Shown here: in pieces, positions 19,151-29,490 of the stretch
Layout: each line of letters opens with the position of its first letter
How positions within the stretch are numbered: position 1 is the first letter of the stretch
DNA from: Candidatus Poribacteria bacterium
GTDB lineage: Bacteria > Poribacteria > WGA-4E > WGA-3G
Direction: 5' to 3'
DNA length: 64,000 bases
NCBI GenBank assembly: GCA_963663765.2
Contig: CAXXUA010000015.1
Coordinates: 160,001-224,000, forward strand
Translations under genes and position numbers: made by a program
Notes under the pieces: generated by a model
The model's input: only the letters and a program-made list of their open reading frames with translations
The model's database searches: none
What the model was told of the DNA's origin: nothing

Positions 19151-19990
19151 ATGAAGAAAGACATCAAATACCTACACATCAAAAAACAGCAAAAGCATCG
19201 GATTAGTGTGCTTACCTGCTACGATTATCCCACCGCTTGCATGCAGGACAAAGCAGGTATAGACATCGTTTTTGTTGGAGATAGTGTTGGGACGAATATT
19301 CTCGGTTATAAGAGCGAGATGGAGGTGACGATGTCTGATATGGTTCATCACCTCAAAGCAGTCCGTCGTGGTGTGACAGATGCGTATCTTCTTGTTGACA
19401 TGCCCTACGGTTCTGATAGGCATGAAAAACAAGCTGTTATGAATGCAAATCTTTTCTTAGATAATGGGGCTGATGGCGTTAAGTTGGAAGGTGGAACGGA
19501 GAAAGCACCAATTGTTACTGAACTTACCGATAAGGGAATAGAAGTGTGTGCGCACATCGGCCATAACCCGCAAATCCACGGAACTAAAGCGCTAACACAC
19601 GGAAAGACGATTAGCAAAGCAAAGGAACTCATTCAAACGGCATCGGTACTTGCAGATGCAGGTGCGAAATTGATCGTGCTTGAGAAAATCACTGAAGAGG
19701 TGAGTCAAATTATCACTGGGACGGTTGATATTCCTACTATTGGCATCGGTGCAGGCAGGTACTGTGATGGTCAGGTGCTCGTTATCAACGATGTATTAGG
19801 CATCGGTCCACCATTCAAACACGCCAAACGTTATCAGGATTACAACCAACTCACCTTTGAGGCGATATGTCAATATAGACAAGAGGTAGAAAACGGAGAT
19901 TTTCCAAGAGATGAAAATGTTTCTCACATCGCTGCCGATAAGTTGATGCGGGTTCAGAAGTGGTTGGAATCAGAACGTTGTAATTTTTAA
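19151..19990 (+). CDS. panB: 3-methyl-2-oxobutanoate hydroxymethyltransferase
   Basis: LTCYDY, VGDSVG, VDMPYGS, VKLEGG and TIGIGAGRYCDGQVLV. Confidence 0.95.
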   Translation: MKKDIKYLHIKKQQKHRISVLTCYDYPTACMQDKAGIDIVFVGDSVGTNILGYKSEMEVTMSDMVHHLKAVRRGVTDAYLLVDMPYGSDRHEKQAVMNANLFLDNGADGVKLEGGTEKAPIVTELTDKGIEVCAHIGHNPQIHGTKALTHGKTISKAKELIQTASVLADAGAKLIVLEKITEEVSQIITGTVDIPTIGIGAGRYCDGQVLVINDVLGIGPPFKHAKRYQDYNQLTFEAICQYRQEVENGDFPRDENVSHIAADKLMRVQKWLESERCNF

Positions 19991-20025
19991 ATAATCTTGA
20001 CATTCCGTAATGACATTGTTTATAA

Positions 20026-20248
20026 CCTACACTCCGCACTTGTTTTAATACATTTTTATAATATTGGGATAAACCCGTATCACACAAGGATTCGCACAAA
20101 ATAATGGTGATTTTGAGTTCTATATTTTGAGACAAAACCGAACTTGTTATTTTATCATTTTAAATTGAAATTGTTTGCTAAATATAGTCTCCACGCGGGT
20201 TTATCAAATTATTATCGAAAAACGCAAATCAGAAGTGCGGAGTGTCGG
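20026..20248. mobile_element. MITE with 16-bp TIRs and a 6-bp TSD (IS1634-like ends, tentative)
   Basis: CCTACACTCCGCACTT / AAGTGCGGAGTGTCGG, flanked by TTATAA at 20020-20025 and 20249-20254. Confidence 0.8.
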
Positions 20249-20285
20249 TTATAATACAGTAAAATCTAAAGATATGAGGTGTAAT

Positions 20286-20603
20286 ATGGAATTCAAGGAA
20301 GGGTATCCATTGACGCATGTTGTTCATAATGAGACGTTTGATGAGACATTCACAGCATATATAAAAAAGAACGGTGTCGCGTGGCTTGGATGGATTCCAG
20401 ATTTACCAGTGGTAAAATGTGAGGGCGAGACGGTAGAGATCGTCCGAAAAGAACTACACGATACTCTTCACCAAACTTTAGTCGCTATAGAAGAAGCATG
20501 GGATGAGCAATTTGAAGCAGACGTGAAGGCTGGTCGTCTTGAACCACTTATAGAAAAAGCTAAACGACGTTGTGAGGAAGGCAATTATACAAAGGTTGTT
20601 TGA
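20286..20603 (+). CDS. HicB-like antitoxin-domain protein (no adjacent toxin)
   Basis: GAGG RBS; WLGWIPDLPVVKCEGETVE matches the HicB N-terminal fold pattern. Confidence 0.55.
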   Translation: MEFKEGYPLTHVVHNETFDETFTAYIKKNGVAWLGWIPDLPVVKCEGETVEIVRKELHDTLHQTLVAIEEAWDEQFEADVKAGRLEPLIEKAKRRCEEGNYTKVV

Positions 20604-20723
20604 ACTCAATGAACCAATTCCAGCATATCAGGAGCCAGGAATTTGTTGTACTAGAAAACAAATTACCTGAAACACGAATATAAAATAGGAGTCAGAACTT
20701 TACGGTTTTCTATTTCTTTTCTC

Positions 20724-23087
20724 CTACCGTTCCAATCCCTTAAGGACTTCATCCCAATCCCAGACAAGAATTGTGCCATCTGCACCGCTCGTAGCAAGCG
20801 TTGTTCCATCCTCAGAAAATACAAACTCTGATATCCAATTTGAGTGTCCTGCAAGAGAAGAAATTATCTTACCGGTAGTTGAATTTCGCAATTGAATGAT
20901 TCCATCCCTATTCACACTAAGAAGAATTGAACCATTTGGAGGAAATGTAATTGCTGATAGAGGCTTAGATTGGGATACATCTTCCAATTGCGCTGTACGG
21001 TCGTATTGGATTGTTTCAGGATTCCATGTATAAATGTGTGAACCACCGACAAAGGCGTTTCTGTCTGGTGCAAATGCTACTGAGCCTTGGCCTGGATAAG
21101 ATGCAAGTAACTCACCGGTCATGGTTTCCCACACTCTTATTGTTACGTCCTTATATGTCCAACCTGAGGTAACGACAGTTTTATTATCAGGAGAAAATGC
21201 CAAACTGTAGACGTAAGTCGTATGGCCCTTAAGTCTACAACGAGTTTTACGGTTAGGTACATCCCATATTTGTATAGTATTGTCTTTACGTGCAGTTACT
21301 GCAAGGAGTTGACCGTCAGGAGAAAATTTCACTTTATTTCCAAAACCAGCATATTCTTTCTCACCTATTGTAGATAAAACAGCTTTTGTCTGAGTATCCC
21401 ATAAGCGCACTACATTATCAGTGGTTACAAACAGACTCCCGTCTGGTGATATGGCAACTTCATAGCCGAAATGATCGCTTCTTTCAACTCTATCAAAAGA
21501 AAGTCTGTTTCCAGTATCAATATCCCAAACCGAAACGAATAAATGGGATTTACTTGCACCTAAACTGGTAAGTGTACTGTTAGAAGCGTCATGAACATTG
21601 GATTGGTTGATAGCGTTGAATGCCAATGCGGTTTGCGATTCAGTGTGTCGTGTAAATGCATATTGTTGCTTTCCTGAATCGGAATCCCATAAACGGATAG
21701 TCCCATCAGAATTCACACTGACCACTTTTTTCCCATCTGGTGAAAAGTCTATTGCGGTGAATTTTGAGTTATCAGCATGTCCTTTTAACAATTTGTGAGG
21801 TCTAGGTTTACCTGTGTTATTAAGGGATCGGTCAGAGATGGATTGTTTTCCGTGTTTATCAACCTTCCAGAATCTCACTATTCCATCAGTACTCCCACTG
21901 GCAAGAAGAGAACCATCAGGTGAGAATACTATAGCTTGGAACGGATCCACAGCTTTAAATGTATACTGAAGCGAACTATTTTCAACATCCCACATTTTTA
22001 CTACATTGGAACTATCAGCATAGACAAGTGTTCTGCTATCTGGAGAAAAAGCCAATGTCTCTATATCATGCTCTGATTCTTCTAATGGGAATACACACTG
22101 TCCAGTGGTTCTGTCCCACACCTGGATTATGGGTATCTTATATTTATTACCAAAATACCTATTATCATTTGCAGCTGCAAGAAACCTTTCATCTGGTGAG
22201 ATTGCAATCTGCATTCTCATATTCATCATGCTCAGTCTTGTTTTAATTGACTTATTTGGATCATCATCAAGAATCCACAAGTCCGTTCTCACATACCAGG
22301 GTAGATTCATCTTCCATCCAGAATATGAGAGTTTTATGTTTTCTGCTCTAAATTGTAGGAAATATTTATTACGACGTAGATCCGGTAGAATAGTTTTCAA
22401 AATGTCTTCTTCTAAATCCCATAAGTCCTTATCCTCATCTAAGTCTTTACATAAAATGGTGCTGCGGTCAATAGGACTCACAAGCATATTGATGTATGAT
22501 CTGTCAATACTTTGATTTTCAAGTTCACTATCAGGAAATAGTGCAATTTCTTCACCCGTATTTGCATCGTAAATCCAAATACCTATGGTTGTTTCAACGG
22601 CTAAATGTGTGCTGTCTGGCGTGAATTTTATTCCACGAACACGTCCCTTTCCTAATCGCGCTTTCGCTGCTTTCGGTAGTTCCCATTTTGTGTAATCTTC
22701 CGATGTTTCGTCTGCTTGTGCTTCCGCAATTGCAGTTGAGGTATCATTAGGTTGTTCAAGGTTAATACGGTTTCCTAGTGCGTTTTCAACCTGTGTTCGC
22801 ACATCAGGATTAGATTCCAAGTTTACAACTATAGGTGCATCAACGATCTCAACCGTCACATCTGAAGCAGCATCTAAACTGTACGGTTTCTGAAACATTT
22901 GCAAGAATTTACTATTTCCGAAACCAAGCACCAGCAACACTACTACTAACGTGGAAGCTGCTACTGCCGACAGCACTAAACGTTTACTGCTTGACGGTGT
23001 TGTGGGTTTGGTACGCGAAATGTTTTGCATCATGGTTTCTCTCAGATTTGGATTGATTTTGAAATTGTCTAAAACCTCTCTTATCAT
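20724..23087 (-). CDS. Membrane-anchored WD40 protein (intact part of a decayed ECF-WD40 fusion)
   Basis: Uninterrupted ORF from GGAGG-N5-ATG at 23087; TM helix (AVAASTLVVVLLVLGFG); many WD40 repeats. Confidence 0.75.
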   Translation of the reverse strand: MIREVLDNFKINPNLRETMMQNISRTKPTTPSSSKRLVLSAVAASTLVVVLLVLGFGNSKFLQMFQKPYSLDAASDVTVEIVDAPIVVNLESNPDVRTQVENALGNRINLEQPNDTSTAIAEAQADETSEDYTKWELPKAAKARLGKGRVRGIKFTPDSTHLAVETTIGIWIYDANTGEEIALFPDSELENQSIDRSYINMLVSPIDRSTILCKDLDEDKDLWDLEEDILKTILPDLRRNKYFLQFRAENIKLSYSGWKMNLPWYVRTDLWILDDDPNKSIKTRLSMMNMRMQIAISPDERFLAAANDNRYFGNKYKIPIIQVWDRTTGQCVFPLEESEHDIETLAFSPDSRTLVYADSSNVVKMWDVENSSLQYTFKAVDPFQAIVFSPDGSLLASGSTDGIVRFWKVDKHGKQSISDRSLNNTGKPRPHKLLKGHADNSKFTAIDFSPDGKKVVSVNSDGTIRLWDSDSGKQQYAFTRHTESQTALAFNAINQSNVHDASNSTLTSLGASKSHLFVSVWDIDTGNRLSFDRVERSDHFGYEVAISPDGSLFVTTDNVVRLWDTQTKAVLSTIGEKEYAGFGNKVKFSPDGQLLAVTARKDNTIQIWDVPNRKTRCRLKGHTTYVYSLAFSPDNKTVVTSGWTYKDVTIRVWETMTGELLASYPGQGSVAFAPDRNAFVGGSHIYTWNPETIQYDRTAQLEDVSQSKPLSAITFPPNGSILLSVNRDGIIQLRNSTTGKIISSLAGHSNWISEFVFSEDGTTLATSGADGTILVWDWDEVLKGLER

Positions 23088-23633
23088 TGTTTCCTCCATC
23101 TGTAAACGCTGCTGTGCGCGGCGGAGCCGACTCTTCACTGTATTTGCTGATACGCCTAAAAATGCCCCTATCGCTGTACACGACATCTCTCCGAAGTAAT
23201 GCAACGGTTACAAAGGTGCGTTCACTTTCCGCCAGTTTCGCAAGCAGTTTATTGACTACATCGCGTTGAATTTCTGGGGTGATCCGTTCGTTTTCTGCTA
23301 TTACATGTTCAGAATATGTTGTTCTTTCAGTTTGCACCTCATCCATATCTTGTGCTAATTTTATCCGTCAATACCGTTTACGTAACCACGTGTTACAAAG
23401 ACTCGTAGCAATCACATATAACCAACTTGAAAAACGTATTGGTTGCTTTAACATCCAAGTTTCTGATATGCTTTCAAAATGTATACTGTGTAATCTCTGC
23501 GGCGATGTGATAATCTCCGATTTTTCGCCACACAAGCGCGTGAACCTGCTTCTGATATTTTTCTGCAAGTTCCGGAAAGCCTTATCATCACCTTCAAGCA
23601 TCCGATGAATTAATTGTGTATCGTTGTTTTCAT
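23088..23633 (-). pseudogene. Decayed ECF sigma-factor domain
   Basis: Aligns to the start of 30233-33193 with at least five single-base indels and a CGA>TGA stop at 23368-23370. Confidence 0.9.
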
Positions 23634-23658
23634 GGTTTACCTCAGATTTCACACTTTA

Positions 23659-23688
23659 GTGACACTGCGAAATGGTGAATCGAGTGCA
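23659..23688 (-). promoter_or_regulatory. Putative ECF promoter TGCACTC-N17-TGTCAC (degenerate)
   Basis: Same spacing and similar position as the motifs before the two intact ECF genes. Confidence 0.6.
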
Positions 23689-23816
23689 TATTTCTAAAAA
23701 AATAGAAGTGTGTTTTTAGAAAAGAGCGTTAGAGAGTCATTCGTAAATATGAAATCTAAAGGGAATTATAGGGGACTATATCAAAGTATTGTCAGTTAGT
23801 TGATAATAATTCTCTT

Positions 23817-23938
23817 CAGGACTTACGCACCCAACGGTAGGCGTGCTTTGTAAGCGCGCTGGAAGCACAAATAATGTTGAAAATCACATCATTTTCATCA
23901 CAATTCTTGATTGGATCATGAAAACTGCGTAAGTCCTG
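23817..23938. mobile_element. MITE with CAGGACTTACGCA TIRs, 5-bp TSD and REP cargo
   Basis: Perfect 13-bp TIRs; CTCTT at 23812-23816 and 23939-23943; the paralogous region at about 27290-27315 lacks it; carries GGTAGGCGTGCTTTGTAAGCGCGC. Confidence 0.9.
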
Positions 23939-24184
23939 CTCTTGTTAGTAGAATTAATTATACCACAAATCTGGTTTCTTGCGCGAATTTCCATTAGAAT
24001 TAGATTTTCATGGAAGTTTTTTTCTCAAGATTTACGTATAGTTTGGCTAAACGATATTCTTTTGAAATGTATAGCATGGAAGGTGTATTTGCAGTGCAAG
24101 CTTATTTCTTACACTGCAAGTTTTTATGTGAGTTAACAATATTCAACTGCTTTAACGGTGGTACTTCTAACTACCTAAACACTT

Positions 24185-27100
24185 TTATTCTCCCTCCTTT
24201 AAATCTGCAAGGATTTCATCCCAATCCCAGACAAGAATTGTGCCATCATACCCCGTACTCACAAGTGTTTTTCCATCAGGTGAAAATAGTAACTTTACAA
24301 TTGTTCTTGTGTGTCCATCAAGCGTAGTGAGTTTGTCTCCTGTGGTAATATCCAATAACTGAATTCCACCACTCGCAAGTCCTACAACAAGCATGGTTTC
24401 ATCTGGTGAAAACACCAATTCATTGCCATATACTTTGGACACTTCCTTAAAGTGCGTTTTTTTCTGGCTGCCGAACAGACGAATCTTTTCAAAGTTTCCC
24501 GCAGCGATCAGAGACTCATCTGCAGAGAATGCCAAGGCGAAGATTTGCTTCTGAAACATAGTTTGAATCATAGAATCAATATCATTTTCCATTGGTTCCT
24601 CTATTTCATCTCCTATTAAGAAGTTGGTTAACTCCTCTCCAGTTTCCGCATTCCATATTTGAACTTTACCTTGTGAGTCTCCACTGACAAGTTTTTTACC
24701 ATCCCGTGAGAATATTATAGTGCTAATCTGAAACATCATAGACAGGGAGATTTCTGTAAAAGGCATAATTAGAATTTTGTCCGTATCTGTATTCCACAAG
24801 CGGATTCCATCTGAACCACCAAGAGCCACCGTTTTCCCATCGGGTGAAACTGCCATTGCTGAAACATTCCTATCCTTTGGTTCCGTCAAAAGGTCTAATT
24901 CATGACCAGTTCGGACATCAATTAAGTGAATCAGTTGCTGATGAGCTATTGCGAGTTTTGTCCCATCAGGCGAAAAGGCTAAGCTTGATAACCAATCGCA
25001 ATGCCATTTAGTCTGTAGGTTAGATTTCCGTTGTGTCTTAAGATCCCAAAAGGTAAGTATGCCGTTATATGCTATACTTGCAAGCGTATTACTATCTTTT
25101 AAAATTGCCATTCCTCTTTGTGTATATGCATGATCGGAAATTTGTATTGGTAATGGATTATTTGTTTCTGTATTCCAAAACAGAACTGTCCCATCTGCAC
25201 TTGCACTTGCAAGCGTTGTACCGTCTGGTGAAAAAGTTAGCGCAGTTATGCCGTCGATATTTTCAGTAAGTGTCGTGAGTAGTTTGCCAGTCTCTGTATC
25301 CCACAACTGCACTGTACTCTCTGAATCCCCACTTGCTAACAATTTTCCGTTCGGAGAAAATGCAAAATGTCGAACGGAGACATTTGTTCTACCTGTGTGT
25401 TTTCTGAGGATTATCGGTTCATTATTTCCAGTAGTATCCCACAATAGAACTGTTGCATTTTCGCTCCCAACAGCAAGTTGAGATCCATCAGAGGAGAATG
25501 CTATTCCTAAGATATGGTCGTTTTTTCCCATTTCAAAAGATATTTCTTCCTGAACGTCCCCTTGTTCAAATTGGTCCGATTGTCCTCTGGGGATTGGTAG
25601 TTTTTTGCCTGAAATTGGGTCCCATAATTGAATCTTGCCGGACACTCCACCAACCGCTAATTTATCATGTGTAATTGCATAGGATTCACTATAAGCTTCA
25701 TCCTTTGGACGTTCTCTGAAAGTTTTTAGGTTCATTTTTCCTGTTTCAATATTTAAGTTGGCAATTGTATCTCCCCAATCCCCCAAACTGATAATCGTCT
25801 TTCCATCTTCAGAAAACAACAATGCTGAGGCAGGAGGAGGACTCTTGGCAAGTGTAACTTGTTTACCTGTAGAAACTTCCCACAATTGGACTTCCTCTCC
25901 ATGATTTCTACCACTCCCACCACCACCATTAGCAAGAAAACGTCCATCAGGTGAAAAAGCAAAGGATTGACACGCACCAGGGAGCATAGATAATTCCTTG
26001 CCTGTTTTTGCATCGTAAAGCCACACACCGATACTACTACCTACTGCGAGTAACGTGCCGTCGGGTGAAAACTGCATTGTATTAATTCCACCTTTTCCCA
26101 AACGCGCTTTCGCTGCTTTCGGCAACTCCCATTTTGTGTAATGTTCCACTATTTCGTCTGCTTGTGCATCTGCAACTGCTGCAGAAACGTCATTAGGTTG
26201 CTGTTTAGGGTTATTGATTTTACTCTGAGCGTTAGCACTTTCTATTTGTGCTCGCGCATCGGGCTTGGATTCTAAGTTTGCAACTATAGGTGCGTCAACG
26301 ATCTCAACCGTCATTTCTGTGGTAGCATCGAGACTATAAGGTTGCTGAAAAAGTGTCAAGTATTTACTATTTCCAAAACCGAGCATGAGCAACACTACTA
26401 CTAACGTGGAAGCTGCAACTACCCACGGTACTAAAGGTTTACTGCCGGACGGTGTTGCGGGTTTGGTCTGCGAAATATTTTGCATGATGTTATCTGTCAG
26501 ATTTGGATTGATTTTGAAGTTGTCTAAAGCCTCTCTTATCATTGTTTCCTCCTTTTGTAAACGCTGCTGTGCGCGGCGGAGCCGACTCTTCACCGTATTT
26601 GCTGATACGCCTAAAAATGCCCCTATCTCTGTACACGACATTTCTCCGAAGTAATGCAACGTTACAACAGTGCGTTCACTTTCCGCAAGTTTCGCAAGCA
26701 GTTTATTGACTACATGGCGTTGAGTTTGTCCAGATATGCGCTCGTTTTCTTCAACGACATAATCGGAGTACGCCGCCTTATCTAATTGTTCCTTGTCTGC
26801 TGACTTAAGATGCTCCAATGACTGTGTTGATAAACGCTTCTTACGCAGCCATGAACTGCAGCTGTTTGCTGCAATCACATAGAGCCAACCTACGAAACGT
26901 TGCGGTTCCTTCAGGGTTGCTAATCGCTTGTATGCTTGCAGGAATGTATCCTGCGTAATCTCTTCGGCTATATGAAAATCTCCGACTTTCCGCCACGCAA
27001 GCGCGTGAACTTGCTTTTGATATTTTCTTACAAGCACGGAAAAAGCGTCGTCATCGCCTGTGAGGACACGTTGAATAAGCTTAACATCGTCGTTTTTCAT
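24185..27100 (-). CDS. ECF sigma factor fused to a TM helix and WD40 beta-propellers
   Basis: Sigma2 (IAEEITQDTFL, GWLYVIAAN), sigma4 HTH (TEIGAFLGVSANTVKSRLRRA), TM helix, more than 10 WD40 repeats. Confidence 0.92.
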   Translation of the reverse strand: MKNDDVKLIQRVLTGDDDAFSVLVRKYQKQVHALAWRKVGDFHIAEEITQDTFLQAYKRLATLKEPQRFVGWLYVIAANSCSSWLRKKRLSTQSLEHLKSADKEQLDKAAYSDYVVEENERISGQTQRHVVNKLLAKLAESERTVVTLHYFGEMSCTEIGAFLGVSANTVKSRLRRAQQRLQKEETMIREALDNFKINPNLTDNIMQNISQTKPATPSGSKPLVPWVVAASTLVVVLLMLGFGNSKYLTLFQQPYSLDATTEMTVEIVDAPIVANLESKPDARAQIESANAQSKINNPKQQPNDVSAAVADAQADEIVEHYTKWELPKAAKARLGKGGINTMQFSPDGTLLAVGSSIGVWLYDAKTGKELSMLPGACQSFAFSPDGRFLANGGGGSGRNHGEEVQLWEVSTGKQVTLAKSPPPASALLFSEDGKTIISLGDWGDTIANLNIETGKMNLKTFRERPKDEAYSESYAITHDKLAVGGVSGKIQLWDPISGKKLPIPRGQSDQFEQGDVQEEISFEMGKNDHILGIAFSSDGSQLAVGSENATVLLWDTTGNNEPIILRKHTGRTNVSVRHFAFSPNGKLLASGDSESTVQLWDTETGKLLTTLTENIDGITALTFSPDGTTLASASADGTVLFWNTETNNPLPIQISDHAYTQRGMAILKDSNTLASIAYNGILTFWDLKTQRKSNLQTKWHCDWLSSLAFSPDGTKLAIAHQQLIHLIDVRTGHELDLLTEPKDRNVSAMAVSPDGKTVALGGSDGIRLWNTDTDKILIMPFTEISLSMMFQISTIIFSRDGKKLVSGDSQGKVQIWNAETGEELTNFLIGDEIEEPMENDIDSMIQTMFQKQIFALAFSADESLIAAGNFEKIRLFGSQKKTHFKEVSKVYGNELVFSPDETMLVVGLASGGIQLLDITTGDKLTTLDGHTRTIVKLLFSPDGKTLVSTGYDGTILVWDWDEILADLKEGE

Positions 27101-27147
27101 TTAGACACCTTGGAAGAAATGGTTACATCACTCAGGATTTATAAATT

Positions 27148-27177
27148 GTGACGCTACTTAGGTGTGCAACGGGTGCA
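27148..27177 (-). promoter_or_regulatory. Putative autoregulated ECF promoter TGCACCC-N17-CGTCAC
   Basis: Bipartite motif conserved among paralog upstream regions while the spacer diverges; CGT-containing -10 is typical of ECF promoters. Confidence 0.7.
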
Positions 27178-27305
27178 TAATTCTGCAAAATTGAAGTGTG
27201 TTTAGATAAGAGAGTAAGAGATTCATTCGCAAATATGAATCTAAAGGGAATTATCGCGTACTATATCAAAAATATCGTTTATTTTGCTGATTATAATTTC
27301 CCTGT

Positions 27306-27420
27306 TAGTAGAATTTACAATTAATGGGACAGATCACAACGTGCAGGGAAACCCTGTCCCTACGGGTTTTGTGGTAGTTCCAAGTTCATTGAAATGTCTC
27401 TATAATTCTAATCTTTACTA
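27306..27420. mobile_element. Degenerate TA-ended MITE-like element with REP cargo
   Basis: Imperfect 26-bp inverted ends (about 19/26); internal CAGGGAAACCCTGTCCCTAC (inverted GTAG REP). Confidence 0.45.
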
Positions 27421-27443
27421 TAGAAATGGTGTTATCTGGTTTA

Positions 27444-29129
27444 TTATTCTATATTTGGGTCTAATTCCTTTGCTTTTGCAAAGTCTACTATTGCATCTTC
27501 GTGATGTCCGAGTGCTTGTTTTGCTTTGCCTCGATTGTTGTATGCCTTAGCATATTTTAAGTTTAGTCTGATAGACATATCGTAATCTTCAATTGCACCT
27601 TCATGATCCTCAAGGGCAGCTTTTGCAGCACCGCGATTGTAATGGATAGCAGTGCGGCATGCGTCACATTCCATTTCTGACTGGATAGCTTCATCGCTGT
27701 CTGAGATGATTTCTTGATATAAGTTTTGCGCTGCTTCCGTATTCCCTTGTCGACTTTTAAGTTGTGCTAACTGATGTTTCACCTGTCCAATGTGATTATA
27801 GATGTATAGTCCTTTTAGTTTGCGGTTGATTGCTTCACTATAATCGTTTATCGTTCCTTGATATAATTTTCTTGCTTCTTTCAAGTTTCTGTGTTTTGAT
27901 TCAAACTGACCGAAAATATATTTTGCCATTCCCCGACTGTGGTAAGATTTTGCACGTTTCGGTTTTTTATTCATAACTTCGGAAAGATCGGCTATTGCCT
28001 CTTTATATGATTTTTTTGCTATATACAAATACTTCTGCTTTTTTTCAATGGGTTCCTGATTGATAACATCAGTAAACTCATCAATTATCGCTTGATATAT
28101 ATTCAATACATCTGATATTTCTCCTTCTGCAATTTTTCTTTTGGTAAAATGGAACCTAACTTTTGCTTGAATTTCGAACCAAGTGCCTTCTCCAACTAAC
28201 TTCCTTGTGAGTCTTTGAAAGCCTGAAACTAAAGAAAGTTTGATAAAACGACTCTGCCAAGAAAAGAATAACCCAAAACATGTAAGACTAAATCGTTCTC
28301 GATTGAGTTTATAAGCTGAGAGTGTATTGAGAAGAAATTCGTCTCGTTTTTCTAAGTAGAACATCACTGAAGCTCTGTTTCTGTAGACATCAGCCAAATC
28401 TGGATTGAGTCTAATGGCATCATCGTAGCATGCGATTGCCTCCTTAATGTCTCCATGTTGACGGCTAAGATATGCATCATAAGATTTTACATAAGCTTGA
28501 ATGCGTGGACGTTTTTGCCAGGTATCAAGTGATTCCACTTCATTCGTTTCATTCAACAAGTTTTTGAGAAGATTTGAGGCGATGTTTGTCCCCTCACTGG
28601 ATTCAGCTTCATCAACTGGTGGACTTCCAGAGCTGATAATAGCGATAACTTCACCTTTCGTATTCAGCACTGGGCTGCCACTATACCCCTGCATATCAGT
28701 CATATTGAACTCTGCGACGATATGTTTACCACTGTTTCGGATACTATTGACAGTGCCTTCCACGCGGTTTGTTTTCTTCTTACGATGTCCAAAAACACAG
28801 ATTTGTTCACCTTTGCGAACTTTCTTACTATTGCCGAGGGAAAATGGTGTACCTTCCTCTACGACCTTAAGAACAGCGAGGTCGTTTATGTCATCAAATG
28901 CGATGATACCTTCAACGGTATAGTCAGTTTCTGTATTGATGCATTTCGCAGTGATTGTTGATGCGCCAGCAATGACATGAACGTTGGTTGCGATTTTGTC
29001 AGATTCAATGAAAAACCCATTGCCTAAAGCATTAGATTTGTCCTCCTTATATTTCTTTTTCAAGCGAACCGTTGTTCCTATGAATTCTACTGTGTTCTGC
29101 AGGGATATATCATCTCTTTCTTGTTCCAT
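27444..29129 (-). CDS. Trypsin-like serine peptidase with C-terminal TPR repeats
   Basis: Catalytic triad motifs ATNVHVI, NDLAVL and GYSGSPV; TPR consensus (AYNNRGKAKQALG). Confidence 0.9.
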   Translation of the reverse strand: MEQERDDISLQNTVEFIGTTVRLKKKYKEDKSNALGNGFFIESDKIATNVHVIAGASTITAKCINTETDYTVEGIIAFDDINDLAVLKVVEEGTPFSLGNSKKVRKGEQICVFGHRKKKTNRVEGTVNSIRNSGKHIVAEFNMTDMQGYSGSPVLNTKGEVIAIISSGSPPVDEAESSEGTNIASNLLKNLLNETNEVESLDTWQKRPRIQAYVKSYDAYLSRQHGDIKEAIACYDDAIRLNPDLADVYRNRASVMFYLEKRDEFLLNTLSAYKLNRERFSLTCFGLFFSWQSRFIKLSLVSGFQRLTRKLVGEGTWFEIQAKVRFHFTKRKIAEGEISDVLNIYQAIIDEFTDVINQEPIEKKQKYLYIAKKSYKEAIADLSEVMNKKPKRAKSYHSRGMAKYIFGQFESKHRNLKEARKLYQGTINDYSEAINRKLKGLYIYNHIGQVKHQLAQLKSRQGNTEAAQNLYQEIISDSDEAIQSEMECDACRTAIHYNRGAAKAALEDHEGAIEDYDMSIRLNLKYAKAYNNRGKAKQALGHHEDAIVDFAKAKELDPNIE

Positions 29130-29139
29130 TAACGTTTTA

Positions 29140-29227
29140 TACCGAATTAACGTGAGTCGTCTTGCTAAGTGTGCGGTTAGGAAACCGCACCTACCGTTGG
29201 AAAAAGATAAATTACGTTAATTTGGTA
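29140..29227. mobile_element. Short MITE-like element with REP cargo
   Basis: TACCGAATTAACGT / ACGTTAATTTGGTA (13/14); internal GTGCGGTTAGGAAACCGCACCTACC. Confidence 0.7.
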
Positions 29228-29258
29228 TTACTCCTATTTTGTCTATTCGTGTGCAGAT

Positions 29259-29343
29259 TTATTACCAAACTTCGGGTTTCATTCTTTTGCTCTTGCTGCT
29301 TCGTGCAGTCCGAGTGCTTGTTTTGATAGTTCACAGTCGTTAT
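29259..29343 (-). pseudogene. Remnant 3' end of a TPR-peptidase paralog
   Basis: Translates to YNDCELSKQALGLHEAARAKE*, similar to YNNRGKAKQALGHHED...AKE; 18-bp identity GTCCGAGTGCTTGTTTTG with about 27506-27523. Confidence 0.55.
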
Positions 29344-29490
29344 ATTACAATTTATGAAGTTTCTGTGGGGATTTTAGGTCCACGAAAAACATTCAATTAA
29401 GTATTGAAATGTAGTGTTGTTTTTTTGCAGAACACAGATGCAATTTGCACATTAGGTGAAAATCTGTTGATGCTCGTTGTTATGGTGATG

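Noticed and set aside
20175-20285. N-terminal extension of the HicB-like ORF
   Set aside because: Lies partly inside the MITE; the RBS supports ATG 20286.
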